From Eledone cirrhosa (taxonomy: Eukaryota): a DNA stretch of 64,000 nt. The notes under the pieces are model-generated. The model had not been told where the DNA came from. It made no database searches and saw nothing but the letters and a program-made list of their open reading frames with translations. Each line of letters starts with the position of its first letter. Within the stretch, counting starts at the first letter, position 1. A program made the translations under genes and the position numbers. Shown here piece by piece: positions 17,934 through 33,493 of the stretch. The stretch covers positions 54,870,001 through 54,934,000 of the forward strand of contig OZ024742.1 in the NCBI GenBank assembly GCA_964016885.1, written 5' to 3'.

Positions 17934-20575
17934 CTAGCATAAGTACCGCCCCTGACGGTTTTCTGCTAGCAAAGATGAAACTGTTGAGGGAAAATGTTGA
18001 TGAATCCTCACTTGAGAATGTCGATGAGAAGCTTCAAGCAGGGAATTTGAAAATACATGCTGCCGGTATGAATGAATGAATTACATTTACCAATATGAAG
18101 AGTTGACCTTCGCTATATTGTTGTTTTACTGTATTCACATATAGACTTCTTAAGTTTCTGTATTGTCCCTTTTCTATCAGTTACAAAGAAACTGAAATGC
18201 ATTTCAACTAAAAGAGAGTGATAGCTGTTTCACATCACTGTAGAATTTCTATGTAGACACAGTTGTCATCAAACAGACCCCTTTCATTTAATATTTTTAT
18301 ATTTTCTTTTTTTGTAACTCCTGATAATGCAACATACATCTGGCCATGTGAGAAGAATTGTGTTGGTAGATATACACCTATCTTTTCAAATGTCCGCTCT
18401 TGTGCCTTGTTGCATGTAAGGGCAAAGGTTGGTTTGACAGGAAATTTATTGCAAGTAAAGATGAAAGGGAACTCAAGCTCTTGCGATACATGTGGTATCC
18501 TTGGGATTAGCATCATTGTTCCAGCATTGGGACCCAATGCCACTTCAGCTTCAATTACAAGATTATGTAAACTGATTATGATGTAGCGTGAACCATTGGA
18601 ATGCCCGTTTATAGGATCCAGATTTATCAGAAGAATGATGCAACTGCCTTTCTTCAGTTTAATTAGGTGTGTTGGGAAGCCTGGTGGGGTAGGCTGTTGA
18701 TGAACACAATTGGATATTGCATTTCATTATCTACTGTATCAGAGCTTCTGTAGATTATTTCATGACCAGGGAACTTGTTGACCATGAACTCATTCACCAA
18801 TCTTGCTGCATCATTTGTTGGAGTGATAATGGCTCTATTTGCAAGCCATAGTGGCTTTGTGTAGTTTCCTGGAAGATTTGTATACACAAAATCACACGGT
18901 CAAGACAAAGTTCATTTGGCAGAAGAATTGTGAATGCACCTACAGTTGGAACAGTTGGAATGTTACCATTTCCCACACCAAGAAGGTAGTTTGCAAACTG
19001 TCTTTCATCAGAATCCTCTGCATTAATTAACCGTTGATTGGTTGTCATCTCCATGGTTTCCACATAGTCCCAGAGATAGGATCTCTTGATGGTTGCCTCA
19101 ACTATTTGTGGTCTAGCACCATGACGTACAACTGGAAGAATTTCATTCCAGTCACCAGATAGTAACACTCCGTGTCCTCCCCCTTTGTGAAGAAGCAAGT
19201 TGATTCAGCAGACACACTGAGAGGAATCTTGCACTTGGAATGAAAAGTTCTACCTTTGTGAAGCAAAGTGGCTGCTATTCCAGATATGGGAGTGGCAAGT
19301 GCAATTCTTTTTTTAAATCGGAGGTAATCCAATAGTATGTTTATGACATAGATCTTTCTTGTACTTGCACTTGCATTCAACCAGAACAATTCTGCCTTCA
19401 TTTTCATTTACAGAGGTGATTACTTTGTGAAAAATAACCAGTTGCTCAGGATTCAATGCTGGCAGAAGTTCATTTATGTTTGCTTGCAGTTGGTGTGTAT
19501 TGAAATCAGTTTCTGCCATAAGAATCCTGTTGATTTCTGGGTGTCAACAATAGTTGGGTCTGGCCGAGGAAGTCCATAGTTGGCATGAATGTCCAAGCCA
19601 TCATGTTGAAGTCTTTGTTGGATCTTCTGTAGAACAATCTGCACGGTTTGCATGGACATGCCTTGCTCATGATGTTCATGAATGATATCCTCTGCAAGAC
19701 AATTCTTCCATTTCTCCCAGAACTGGAGAGGGTCATTTGGCATGCTGTACAATGAAATGGTGCAGAAGATCTCTCGCAGCTGAGGACCAAGCGTAATGGA
19801 TGAGGCCTCTTCCATAGCTTTGTCTTTTTCTCCATCTTCATCTAACAGACCAAGTTTCCTGCATGCTTCTTGGAATGTTGGAAATTCAACTCCTTCAATT
19901 GTCCTCAAATCTTTGTATGAAGTTGACATCCTGAGGTAATATAATTCAGATTGATGTCTACTGAAACATACTGTTGGATTGCATCCAAGAGATTCACTGA
20001 TAAATTGTTGATCACCATCCAGATGTCCCTTTTTTTCTTCTTTGACACTATCGTTTGTCCAAGTGAAATATTTAGGAATATCAATATACAATATGTTTTG
20101 TGCCAGTGGGTCTCTAATATTCAGTTGAAAATATTCCGTCAACTTAGTCATTGGCTGTCCCCTAGAAACAATACTTTCTTCCTGCCCTCGCTCATACACG
20201 ACCATTTGTTTCCCAGGTAAATGGCAAGGCAACTTTTCAACTGGCGGTTTTCGATGATGTAATGGAAATTCATAGATTCTCCAGAATGCTTCACTGGCTG
20301 AGATGTACCGTGCATTGATATAGGTCTCAATCTCATTTTGGGCATGGACACAATTTCCTTCATCATCCTTAATAGTGAAAGTGATCTTGTCTGATCCTTT
20401 TGTGATGTACTTATATAAGTACTTAACAGCCTTGACACTGTGGACAACCTCACAATTGATGTGGCACTGATATCTCAATGAGAGGAAAGGGTTGTATGGA
20501 ACAATCCAACGATTATCAACAGTAAATTCTTGACCTTTAAGTTGTATGGGGGTGACCACCATACTGTCTATCCCT
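17934..20575 (-). mobile_element. Decayed Helitron (C-terminal Rep region + Pif1 helicase) with probable 3' end
   Basis: DNRWIVPYNPFL..HINCE..KYLYKYITKG, ARYISASEAFWRI, SGIAATLL..GRTFHS, GDWNEILPVV, FPVKPTFALTCNKAQ, FSHGQMYVALS in frameshifted pieces; hairpin + CTAG at 17934-17970. Confidence 0.9.
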
Positions 20576-20611
20576 TCTTCTATACCCCGGAAACAAACAC
20601 TTCAAAACAAA

Positions 20612-20692
20612 CTTCGCGCATGCGCACTTCGGACCAGCCTTCGCGCATGCGCACTTCGGACCAAACTTCGCGCAGGCGCACTTCGGACCAGA
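20612..20692 (+). repeat. 3 x 27-bp GC-rich tandem repeat containing GCGCATGCGC
   Basis: CTTCGCGCATGCGCACTTCGGACCA at 20612, 20639 and 20666 (third copy has one change). Confidence 0.9.
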
Positions 20693-21069
20693 CGTCGCCT
20701 ATATATGTGTCTATGTATGAATAGATATATTTGTGTGTGTGAGTGTGTGTCCGTTAGAATTACGAAGAATTTGCAAGTTACTTCACCCGGGGAGGATTAA
20801 TAGCAGCTTCACTAACTTCGGAAGACGATTCGTGTGTGGTGTGGTATGTATGTGTATATATATATATATATAAATATAGATATACATATATATGTGTGTG
20901 TGTGTGCGTGTGTGTCTGCATCAGACATATTTATATGCTATTATATTTATATATATCCAATCAATGGGCGTAAAACAGTGCTTAATCTAAACTATAATAA
21001 ACTAAGAAGCGCGGGACTGCGTACAGTTTATAATTTGTTATCCCTTTAAGTTGGATTAATTTGAATAAA

Positions 21070-21253
21070 TAATTGTTTCTTCTTTTGGCACAAGGCCACA
21101 CATAGCCATTGAATTACTGGTACTTTATTTTATCGACCCCTTAAGGATGAAAGGCAAATTTAACCTAGGCGGGATTTGAAATCAGATCGTAAAGGGACGT
21201 AACTCTATGCGTCAAAGCATGTCGTCTGACCCTCTACCGATACTGCCAATCTA
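21070..21253 (-). mobile_element. tRNA-derived SINE (same family as 38420-38632)
   Basis: Reverse complement has B-box-like TTCAAATCCCGCC, GCCTTTCATCCTTAAGGGGTCGATAAAATAAAGTACCAG and GGCCTTGTGCC tail. Confidence 0.8.
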
Positions 21254-22202
21254 ACTTGAATAAATAATGAATGAATATTACATAATGTATCTACTAAATT
21301 TCGTGGCTGTTCATTAAATATATTTTATTACTTATTTAAAAATTTACTTCTTTAAAATTTTCAAATCTCAACACTTCCGGTTAGCGATCGTTTATTCATA
21401 TATTTCTGTCACTAATTTTCTCTTAATGCAGTTTGTCGTCTATTTTTAATGTATCATGGATTACGTTACTGATTACATAAGACAGTGTAACACAGTCTTC
21501 ATTCAATTTCTGTGTATATTGTTAATTACGATTTTATTTGATCTACATGCATATATACTTGCGTATAATATCAATATACACAATTAGACATGCTATCAAA
21601 TATATAATATCGTCTTGTTTTAATGTAACATGGATTACGTTACTGATTACAGAAGAGAGTCTTCGTTCAATTTCTGTGAATATTGTCAGTTGTGATATAG
21701 ACACGCATATGTATATATATATCTACATGCATATATACTTATAATATAAATATACACACTACAGATGCTAGCAGAAAACCACCCAAAGGTGGTTTTCTGC
21801 TAGTTATATTAAATGAGTTAAAAAAAAAAGAGTTAATAAATAAATAAAACGTTATACTTGTATTACCCTCCCGTTTCCAATTAAACCGAACGCTATCATG
21901 ACTGTATGTGTGTGTTTGTGTAAATGTATATGTGTGAATGTATGTATTTTTGTGTGAAAGTATGTGTAAATGTATGTGTATCTGTGTGAATTATGTCCGT
22001 GAGTGTGTATTTTTATAAGTTTGTGTTTGCGCGATTATAGTTATATACTCATTAAAGTTATATACTCATACATATAGATGTATGTATGTGCACATTCAAA
22101 CGCGTCAGTGTGTAGAAAATCATAATCTCTCTATCTCTCTCATCACTCACTCTCTCTTTGTATATATATATGGTAAAGAATTCAATTTTTGATTATTTGT
22201 AT

Positions 22203-22466
22203 AATAAGCTCCTGATTATTACTGGAATTCTATAAGAATCCAGCTTCTATAATTTTTAGGCGCAAGCAGGGGGTGTGTGGCTGTGATGATCGCCAACCAG
22301 CGTGATACAGACTGTCAGCTTCTCTCCCTTCGTTCGCCGAAAAGAATTAAGTGACATAGTCACTACTTTAAAACTGATAGCGTATGACCTTCTAAATGTT
22401 TTTAATTAAACATAGAGTATATTCCTAAATATACTATACATACATTCATGTATACATCGCTATTTC
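22203..22466 (+). mobile_element. Diverged copy of the 27722/30487 MITE-like family
   Basis: Shares TATTACTGGAATTCTATAAGAATCCAGCTTCTATAATT, AAGTGACATAGTCACTA and AATATACTATACATACATTCATGTATACATCGCTATTTC. Confidence 0.75.
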
Positions 22467-25400
22467 GGAGTAAGGTAGTTCCCACTTTTTGTTGCTATAA
22501 TAAAACTTGTTGAATGAGTATGCAACAGTTAATGATGTGGCAACTTACTGGAAAGATCGTTCAACATGTATAATTGAATTCAGCGAGAGAATATTCAAGG
22601 TGTTAAACCATGGGTATTTTTTCACATTTCAAAAATGCATGGAGTACGTGTAAGCAAATGTGTTACGTAAAACATACAAGGCGTGATGAGAAAAAACATT
22701 GTTTAATTACACATTTTCATCTCGATCTATTAAATTGTTTACACTTATAGAAAAATAAATAGATTTTAATCAACAACCAATGTAATATTGTAACTCTAGA
22801 AAAGCCGATTGTTGCACCTTGTCAGGTAAATGTGTGGAGTTACAACGAACCATGAAATTTCCAGATATGTGGGTTTCACATCTAACTTTTTAAAGAAAAG
22901 ATGGTATATACATAGCCATTCGTTTAAAAATCCAGAACTCCGAACTTCTACCATTTTAGCTATGTAAATATGGAAATAAAAAATGGAAAAATAAAATATC
23001 ATTTATCGTGGTCCACCATTCTACTATTCGGCCACGCCTACCGACGTTAAAGAAGGGATTGCGATAATTGTGCGATTGAAGTACTGGACATTTTAACAAG
23101 AAAGAAATTACTGAATTCAAGGCAAGATAGGATATTCAACTCTAGACACAATACAAAAATATCATTTTCTAATTATAATCCTATTTAACACAAGATTAGA
23201 ATCTATAAGGCTACACTCATCTCTCAAACTTTATCAATCCTACCTACCTCAAATAGCCATTTTTATTTCATAGACTTGAGGCCGCAACTATTTGTTAACT
23301 TCAACCTTATCTAGAACTGTCAAACTATTACTACTAATACCAAAATAAATTTTTATTTGTATATTCTATTACCTTTGTCACTCCCATTTGTTCACCCTTA
23401 TCTGTAATGTTCATGTTGATAAGACTAATACTAAATATATTTACTGTCTATCTATTTTATTACCTTAAACACTCCCATAGTTTATACTCTCCCCTTTAGT
23501 CTACAGATAATTACCTCTCAACCGATGGTAAATATCATTTATGTAGAACCAGAGACTGTTGGATACCCATTGATCAACTTAACAATCCCTCTTTAATTTC
23601 GATAATATGATATGTAAGTATTATTCCTTTTGTGAAGAATTGTTGTTGTGTAATGTTGAAAGTATTGAAGAATCATTAGAATATCGGACAAAATAGTTTT
23701 GAGGATTTGTGTCTAGTTAGGTTCTACTTATTCCACAGTGAGGAAACAGTTAAGGGAGTCATTGAATGTAATTCGCGTACGAATGCAACCAAATGTTCTA
23801 CCAAACAACGCTGAATGCAACAACGATTATTGATGTTAAAAGCTGGTATGTGACATTGCCCTGACTAATCTATTCAGAAATGCGTATCTTAAAGCATATG
23901 CATTGTTTACTGTTCGTGAAATGTACTACGAAAACCTGAAAAGGAATCACTCATGCGATTTCATTAATTGCTTTCCCAGTGTTTGTTAATATTATTTATA
24001 TTATATTTGATGTCTTGATGAAATAAATGTTACCTAGTTGAAATACCGAAAATACATAGTATGAGCTTGTTTAGCATTAATAATATATATAGGTAATCTC
24101 TCACATGTAACACATAAAATGATGCGGAACTAAGATAAAATAACTATCAAACTTTATCTTTAAACGGATAGAACGTGTTTTACTTCATATTATAATATTC
24201 AATGGCAAATTCACCAAAGTGTGTATTCGTTATCTGAAGCTTCAAGGAGAGTGCATAAGCCTTATAATCACGTGTATGAGTTTAGTTAAATGTTTGTGAT
24301 TTGGCTTGGTATACTTGGTATGCCGTAATGTGTACAATATATACAAACTATTGCTTTGACTTATGCGTTTAATTTGTTCAAAGAAATTTGTCATAAAATT
24401 TATAGATCAATGAATTATTGAATTAATGATATATTTCTGAGCGATTTAATTTGCATTGCATACGATGACGTAGGATTTCGGCCAGTTTAAAACAGTCACT
24501 TCACACTTGTTTGTCTGACACACAGTACAATAAGTCAAAAGCATTCATATATTGACATAGTTTGTACTAACTTCTCCAAATCAGTGGTTTCTATCTCATT
24601 CCATCATCCGACTCTATAAGGCTGAGGGGCGAGGAAACATTATATCGGCGTTATGATTATCCTTCTCAAAACCTCATTAAATAAAAGCGTAATGAATAAT
24701 AAAAAATATAACTCATAAACATGTGTTTTACGATTTCAAAATGTATTGAAATAGCATTAATTCAATTCCATTTAATTTCGGTGCACTTCTTGTCTTTTAC
24801 ACATAGAATTATGTTACTAGTTAATTAATTAACAAAAATATCATATAGCAAATGTTATATGTGTAGTGAGGGAAAAGAATTACAATAGTTTTTCTTAATT
24901 GTGATTAAAACTTAATTAAATGCCGTTTACATTATTTTCAGAAGCCAACGCTAAAGTCATACATTTAAAACGGGTATTAAGGTTAAATGTAGTTGAGTTT
25001 AAATTAATTGCTTTCATCAGATATGAGTGTAACAAAATATCTGGATACAGGTTAATTGTAATTACTAATATCCTTGTATAGCTGAAGATTGGAGGAAGCC
25101 AATTTACATCTTTCAGATTGATTTGGGAAAGCGGGTAAAATGCAGATTAAAAATCTATTGGGATCCTCGGCTCGTGGTATACTTACTTTCTTTTAATTTG
25201 AAAACGAGTTCAAACGTCGAAATATCAAATATAGGATAAAATTGTAACACAATAGTTTTTCTTTATTACCTCTACTCTCTGTTTTACTCTTATAAAATGT
25301 TGCATTGTATCAGTGTTTGCAAAATTATTATGACCACATATGTCACACTATATCATTTAAAATATGCTGCACAATTACTGGTGTTATTACCAGTAAACTG

Positions 25401-27624
25401 CAAATGGCAATAATAGGTAAACGAAAAAAGAAGAAAAAGAATAAAATAAAGTAAGGAAAGAACGAGAAAGTAAATGTGGAAAGACATACTGTAAATCTCA
25501 GATTTCATCTGCTCCTCGCAAATAAAATGGCAGAACATTGCCATGGAGAATGGCCATCGACCCTTGCTGCAACAGCCACACTACCGTACAAGGCTCATTT
25601 CGCAAGTTTGCTGCAATCTCCCTGATTTTGCAGAAAAAAGAACTGTACTGCAGAACCCGAGGATATTTTAAATCTCGCCGGCGAAAATCGCGAAAATGAA
25701 ACAGTCAGTCAACCCTCGGTATTTCGTTACCTTCGTCTCCTCTCCATTGCGGGTGGTGCTGCCCTGATTTGGGGCTGAATGAACAAGGTTGAAGGCGGCA
25801 AGAGAATTGTAGCACGTGTCTCAGATTACGGAGTAATTTCTCTCAAATTGGAAAAGACTGACCCCACCGGGGTGCATGCGATCACCAGGGTCAGTGCCAG
25901 CTGGTTCCAGTTGTAACGGGAAGACGGCCGCGTCGAGGCTTCTGATTATGTCATTCAGAACGGTGTTTCGAGGGAACGGACCTCTGCTATATTTGTTTTG
26001 TTTTATTTTTCTCTCAAATTTCTATAGATAGACATAGAAGAAGAATCCCAATCTGTTTACAAAATGGTCAAAATTCGAATCAAAACTTTCAAACTAATAA
26101 CAGTTGTGTTTCTATTTAAAAACATATTCTTCGGTATGCTCTTTGAACCTATAGGTCTATCATACACATATGAATGGAAATATCACAGCGAAGCTTAAAC
26201 ATGAAATTGGAAAAAGGATAGACATCGAATTTGCTCATGAGACTCGATTTGGAGAAAAGTAATATATAGGAGCTAAAATAAACATATGTATTCAGCACAA
26301 TTCTATTCCTTTCAAATATAAATCGATATGAATAGCTAATCTATGATTACGTATATCATTATTTATATTTGCACGCTATCAATCTATAACTCTTAACTGA
26401 ATTCTAGACAATTTTCAATTATAATACAAGTTTGAATTTCAATATTTCCCTAAATGCATTTACCATACAGAATTGTGTACGTAATTCTAACATGTGAGAG
26501 TTATATAAATACAAATTAGAATAACCACATCATTTTGCTGTTTTATTCATGAATTTAAAGAAAACGTATCTTTAAGAAAAGACGTATCCGCTCTATAAGC
26601 AAATTGAGTAGCGAACGCAGTTTTATATTAGTGTTTTTCAATGTTAGTTTCATTTATATATCAATATGTAGCAAAATTATGTTAATCTATTAATGAACAT
26701 ATCCATGTTGTTGAGGATTAAAAACTACAAATATAGACCACAACATCTACTATAATGTACATACCTTAAAAATGTAGAAATCGAAGAGGCACATTACATC
26801 TCTGTAGGATTTTATAATGAGAATATATGAGTGAATAAAGAAATATGATTAAGCGCATAAAGTAGAGGGTGCTTTAATTTACGGCAAATATCATATATGA
26901 AAATAAAAATCATTCGGTTAGGGACCAGTATAATATAACATAGAAAGCAAATAGCGACATCTGTATTATCCACTAATAAAACGTACAAGAGTTGAAATAT
27001 AAATGATAATTAAAAGCAACATACTTCAAATATTGACAGATATGTTTCTATGTTGCTAGGCATGATCAAAGAAGACAATAGAATTATTAACAATATTATA
27101 TAACCACACCGAATATGAATAAACTGTCTGTATTGTAGTATCTGCATAAAACCGTGTAGTTCCCGAAAGAATGTAAAGTAAAATGTTGTCGATATGGTTG
27201 GCAACTACATACTATACTTAACTACGTCAAAACTAATTGAATGTACGCCGAATCAAAGTGAAATGCTTAGTGATTATATATTACGTTAAAAATAAATGTA
27301 TCCCCCGAAGGACTTTCAAATAAATCTATATTATTTTATTATATATGAAAGCCATTCAGTGCTGCTAAACAGTTTGTATAGAGCAATATTTACTATCTCA
27401 CAGTAGTTGGAATTATTGAAAAGTGTTGAAAGAGGTGAACATATTTTATTCGCCGTTTGAGTATGATAGAAAATAATAGATTAACATACTACTTAGATGT
27501 AAAATTTTTAACATCACCGATACATAAATGTAGATTGTTTAGAGACTACACCTTTAATTTAACCCAAGCCGAATTAATCCATTGGATGCGTCTATCCATT
27601 AGATGCGTCTATTAATCCATTAGA

Positions 27625-27701
<77 letters not shown>

Positions 27702-27721
27702 CACATATATATATACATATA

Positions 27722-28031
27722 TAGTATATAGTATGTTTGGCAATATATTGTATGTTTAATTAAAAACATTTAGTAGAGCAATCGCAATGAGTTTTAAAAG
27801 TGTGACCTGGTCCGGCAATCGCTCTGTTTAATCAGCTCTTAAATATTACTGGAATTCTATAAGAATCCAGCTTCTATAATTCTCGGCAGAGGCAAAGGAG
27901 TGTGTGGTCTGGATAAACGCTAAGAAGCGATAAACATATTTCTGTCTATCACTCCCCGTTCTTTTTCGCGAGAATCAGTAAGTGACATAGTCACTATTTT
28001 ACAGTATATTGCCAAATATACTATACATACA

Positions 28032-28037
<6 letters not shown>
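27722..28037 (+). mobile_element. MITE-like repeat with ~25-30-bp inverted ends
   Basis: TATAGTATGTTTGGCAATATATTG ... CAGTATATTGCCAAATATACTATA; near-identical inverted copy at 30487-30835. Confidence 0.75.
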
Positions 28038-30486
<2,449 letters not shown>

Positions 30487-30493
<7 letters not shown>

Positions 30494-30873
30494 TGTATGT
30501 ATAGTATATTTGGCAATATACTGTAAAATAGTGACTATGTCACTTACTGATTCTCGCGAAAAAGAACGGGGAGTGATAGACAGAAATATGTTTATCGCTT
30601 CTTAGCGTTTATCAAGACCACACACTCCTTTGCCTCTGCCGAGAATTATAGAAGCTGGATTCTTATAGAATTCCAGTAATATTTAAGAGCTGATTAAACA
30701 GAGCGATTGCCGGACCAGGAAATTATGTATTAGTATTGGTCACACTTTTAAAACTCATTGCGATTGCTCTACTAAATGCTCTACTTTAATTAAACATACA
30801 GTATATTGCTAAACATACTATACATACATTCATGTATACATCATAAATACATTCATGTATACATCGCTATTTC
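30487..30873 (-). mobile_element. MITE-like repeat, inverted partner of 27722-28037
   Basis: Reverse complement with a ~20-bp insertion near 30720. Confidence 0.75.
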
Positions 30874-30879
30874 AGAGCA

Positions 30880-31245
30880 CCAATAGTAATATCTAATTTT
30901 TGCTGTGCAAGCAGTTTAGCAGATTCGGAAACACATATAGCCATGTACACTATATTTCCTTCAATCAAGGAGAGAACGCATGGTGGGGTTGCCTTCTTCA
31001 TTCGTGAAGACATCACAGCCATTGTACTGTTGACACATTCCAACTCAGTATGTGACACTCTGACGGTACATATGAGGCAACTGAATATGGTAATATGTGT
31101 CACATATCTGCCACCCGACGCCCATAGTCATGAAGGTAAGTTTGAAGATAGCCTTAGTAGGATGGAAGAAGTGCTTGACAAACAGAACCAGAGTCTCAAC
31201 ATTCTGCTGCTGGGATACTTTAATCTACCAAGAGTCAAATAGCCT
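30880..31245 (+). mobile_element. LINE APE endonuclease fragment (CR1/L2-group)
   Basis: RTHGGVAFFIRE, VTYLPPD (YRPP motif) and LLLGYFNLP (GDFN motif), degenerate. Confidence 0.75.
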
Positions 31246-31284
31246 GAAGGCCACCTCCTCCCACGAATGACATGATTCGAACAG

Positions 31285-32879
31285 AAAAGATATTGAAAAT
31301 GCAGCTGGGGTCGTTTTAAAAATATTTTTTTTGTTTCCTTTACCGGTTTCACAGTTCTTATGCTTTTCAAAATAAAATTGAGATGGAGGGGTTGCGGTCT
31401 TTCCTGCATCTGATTGGTGTTCGAATATTACTTCTGTTTTCTGTGGAAAAAAGTGTCTCGAATTGCTAGGTTTAAAAAAATAATAATTTGGTTGGTTTAT
31501 GACTGTCAAGTGAATAAGTATAAATTTCGCGCGCGCGTGTGTGTAGGTAAATGATTCCTTAAGTAGAAATGGATAAAGGAATTGTGATTGTGTGTGTGTG
31601 TGTGTGTTAATGAGTGTGCGTGGGGTATGGTTAGCATGTTAAGGTGTTAAAATATTAAAGTATGTGAAAATATATTAGCTCAGGTCTTTTATTTTCGAAT
31701 ATAGAAGAGGGTGTTATGTGTATATGTATGTGTCTGTTTGGATGGTTAGAATGTTATGGTGTTAACATATTAATGTATATTAAACTATAGCTAATGATGG
31801 TCTATATTTTTATACACAACATTAATATGTTAACACCTTAACATGCTAACCATCCAAACAGACACATACATATACACACACACACATAACACCCTCTTCT
31901 GTATCCGAAAATAAAAGACCAGAACTAAATATACTTTAACACACGTTAATATTTTAACACCCTAACATGCTAACCACACACACACATAATTCCCTTCTCC
32001 ATTTCTACTAATGGAATCATTTTCCTACACAAACAAACACACACACACACACACACATACGCACAGAAATAAAAATATATATGTCTATTTTCTACCCTGT
32101 CGCCAAAACACCACTATCGATGCAAACATTCAATTTATTTCATTAGAAAGTCTGAATTTTGAAACCTCAGCACATCATCCAAACTCACTGAATCAGAACG
32201 ATTTCTCCCCATCCCTTTTCTTAGCCATTATTCTTTGTTTGGTACAAAACACTCAATGACAAATCAGGTGACTGTGAAAACGGCTATAAAGAACCCCCAA
32301 ATACGAATTGGCGCGAAATTTAATGTACGCATTCACGTGACAGTCATAACCAACCAAATTACATTCATTCATAAAAAACAATTTTAAAGCACTTTTTAAA
32401 GTGAAAATGACAATAAAGAACCCTCATAGGCGAACTGGCGCGAAATTTGATCTACTTATTCACATCACAGTCATCAACCAACCAAATTTCACTTATATAT
32501 GAAAAAACAACAATTTTAGCCGCACTTTTAAAAGGCAAATACAATAAGAATTTTGTAATGCTAACTGGCGCGAAATTTATACTTATCCACGTGACAGTCA
32601 TCAACCAAACCAAATTATTAAAAAAGAAAAAAAATAGCAATTCAAACCACTTTTTTCCACAGAAAAAAGAAGTAAAATTCGAACACCAACCAGATGCAAG
32701 AAAAACCACAAACCCTCCATTACAATTCTACTTTTGAAAAGCATAAGAACTTTGAAACCGGTAAAGGAAACAAATAAATATTCTTAAAACGACACCGGTT
32801 GCATTTTCGATTTCTTTTCCTTATATTTTCACTCGTGTAGGGTGTCTGGTTTTCTTTTTCATTAACCCCCCCCCCCCCT

Positions 32880-32880
<1 letters not shown>
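31285..32880. mobile_element. Older, diverged large fold-back element
   Basis: 31285-31530 pairs with 32567-32815 and 31540-31776 pairs with 31819-32030; right arm has an extra internal segment and a tail ending in (TA)n. Confidence 0.75.
32285..32620 (+). repeat. ~3 x 128-bp degenerate tandem repeat
   Basis: TGGCGCGAAATTT...ACAGTCAT...ACCAAATT at ~32309, 32436 and 32566. Confidence 0.8.
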
Positions 32881-32941
<61 letters not shown>

Positions 32942-33030
32942 TCAGTGTGACGGAGGATGTGACAAGGCTGGCCCTTTGAAATAAAAGTACAAATCATTTT
33001 ACCAGCTGAAGTAGATAAAGCGCCGCCGGA

Positions 33031-33060
<30 letters not shown>

Positions 33061-33066
<6 letters not shown>

Positions 33067-33413
33067 AAAAAAAGATGAAATCGAAAATGCAACTGGAGTC
33101 TTTCATTTTTTTAAATATATATATTTATTTGATTCTTTTACCGGTTTCGCAGTTCTTCTGCTTTTCAAAAGTAGAGTTGAGATGGAGAGTCTGTGGTGTT
33201 TTTCATATCAGATGTGTGAAAAACCACAGACCCTCCTTCTCAACTCTACTTTTGAAAAGCAGAAGAACTGTGAAACCGGTAAAGGAACCAAATAAATATA
33301 TATATTAAAAAAAAAAAGACTCCAGTTGCATTTTCGATTTCATTTTTTTTCCTTATACTTTCACTCGTGTAGAACACCTCGGTTATTTTTCATTTTGTAA
33401 AAAAGAACCTCAC

Positions 33414-33420
<7 letters not shown>
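33061..33420. mobile_element. Fold-back mini-element in (TA)n, same family as the end of 31285-32880
   Basis: Arms ~33061-33206 and ~33215-33357; ~63-bp tail on the right; (TA)n on both sides. Confidence 0.8.

Positions 33421-33493
<73 letters not shown>

Larger units (their letters stand above)
20579..21803 (+). mobile_element. Possible non-autonomous Helitron segment
   Basis: Begins near TCTATAC; ends with 16-bp hairpin CTAGCAGAAAACCACC-CAAA-GGTGGTTTTCTGCTAG then T; internal ~173-bp duplication 21430-21770. Confidence 0.5.

Noticed and set aside
20612-20692. CRISPR-like short repeats
   Set aside because: Contiguous tandem units without unique spacers; eukaryotic context
22470-27600. Host gene exons in the repeat-poor stretch
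   Set aside because: No ORF with recognisable protein motifs; short exons cannot be excluded without RNA data
33230-33290. Hammerhead-like 3' half GAAACCGGTA-AAGGA with upstream TCCTT
   Set aside because: No CUGANGA core at the required position (reads CTCAACT); not called a ribozyme
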